From assembly GCF_006345805.1 (NCBI RefSeq), contig NC_043019.1, forward strand, positions 32,053,360 to 32,117,359: DNA of 64,000 nt, written 5' to 3'. Numbering within the stretch: the first letter of the stretch is position 1; every line of letters starts with the position of its first letter. Position numbers and translations under genes: made by a program. Under the pieces are notes generated by a model. It had not been told where the DNA came from. It saw only the letters and a program-made list of their open reading frames with translations, and did not search any database. This DNA comes from Octopus sinensis (Eukaryota). Positions 62,794 through 64,000 of the stretch are shown here, one piece after another.

Positions 62794-63740
62794 GTATAGA
62801 ATTTAATATAAAATATAAATTACAAAGTGGGACAAGAATGTAAAAACACACAAGGACACAAAAAACCGAGGGGTCACTCGAAGCCTCTAATCTTCAGTCG
62901 GAACCGGATCATCTTAGTGATTTCGGCTGTTTAATCTCGATTACCACTCCCGATCGGCCAGCCCTAGGGCCAGCCCAAGGAAAATCAAGCACAGGCATTG
63001 GATTTCTTGGAAAGAGGGTCGAATGTATACGGAACAAAGACAGGATGCCACACGAATGTAAATACAAGAAACAAAATCTATATATATAAAACTGTAGTTG
63101 TGTGAGTGTCTGTCCCCTTTGATTTAGATTCCTAACTACTCCCCCGTTTTGCGGTGCAGTTTAACCAAATTCGGGTATCTTATAGTCGCGATTCATACCG
63201 AGCCCGTCTGGCTATTAGCGAGCGTCTACGATGAGTCCACGATTTAAAAATAATTTAGCATCATTTTTTATTCCATTTTAATGCATAATTTTTCGTGTGT
63301 CGATGGCGGCGGAGTTGGCGTCCACGGTCACACCTGCACCTGCTTGCTTCTCCTCCTTTCACTCCCTCGTGAAGCTGTGGGGAAGGGAGTGTAAGGAAAT
63401 CAACGTCGTAAAGCGTTGTCAAGGAGACCAGCGTTCTTTTAGAACAACGACTTCATGGCTTGAAGACACCAAAACAGAAATGGCTAAGAAAGCCCGAATT
63501 GGCATCTATGAGGGAAGTAACTCTCTAAAAATACTTATATAGTTATTTCCCTTACAAACCTGAGCAACGCCGGACGATACTGCTAGTTATATATAAAACA
63601 GAAATAAAAACCGAAGATGGACGGTACAAAGGACAGGAGCGTCTTACGACTTTAGACAATTATTAACTTATCTTGGCTGGCGTATTATAACAAAGTGAGA
63701 TAGGGGTTATGAGTCTCCATTTTCTTATTCTATATATATA
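62790..63740 (-). mobile_element. Unclassified repeat split by a Helitron
   Basis: Part is homologous to 44250-44400; continuity across 63077-63586 is inferred. Confidence 0.5.
63077..63586 (+). mobile_element. Non-autonomous Helitron family C
   Basis: A^TCTATATATATAAAA start; ..cctgagcaacgccggacgatactgCTAG^T end shared with family B. Confidence 0.85.
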
Positions 63741-63892
63741 TAATATATATATATATATACTTATTTCCTGATATGTTTGCACACATATGTCCTGATTCTC
63801 ATTACTGTTAAGATTAAGGGAAGTAGACTGACAGATTAATTGGTCTGCAGTATTAAAAGTCTTGCTCTGTTTAGTAGCATGCGTCTAGTAGG

Positions 63893-64000
63893 TACAGGTG
63901 TGGCTGTCTGCTAAGAAGGCTGCTTCCCAATTGCATGGTTCTGGGTTCAGTTCCACTGCGTGACACTTTGGATAAGTGTTTGCTGTTTCAGCCCAGGGTT
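63893..64000 (+). mobile_element. Composite SINE head, cut by the window end
   Basis: Homology to the family head. Confidence 0.75.

Overview
Non-coding, AT-rich eukaryotic DNA made almost entirely of transposable elements and simple repeats. From recall of its repeat families it looks like Octopus (a coleoid cephalopod); I could not check this against a database. No host protein-coding gene can be supported, and nearly all ORFs in the track are translations of (TA)n/(CA)n/(GA)n microsatellites. Real protein remnants are limited to one internally deleted mariner transposase (57942-58951) and several C-terminal ends of an RTE-clade LINE ORF. The rest is about 25 copies of a composite tRNA/CORE-type SINE with a central microsatellite, a second SINE family with a Meta/MESC-like core, other tRNA-headed SINEs, three piggyBac-type TTAA MITE families, hAT MITEs, five non-autonomous Helitrons, Penelope-like terminal fragments with hammerhead-like motifs, and one 100-N gap. 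The most interesting signals are a 7 x ~168 bp satellite inside one piggyBac MITE, Helitrons whose 3' end is a self-complementary palindrome, minimal hammerhead-like motifs in a tail-to-tail pair, a co-varying SINE 3' stem-loop, a templated inverted insertion of local unique DNA into a MITE, and many nested insertions that give a relative chronology. I found no convincing novel gene system. Coordinates of degenerate copies are approximate.
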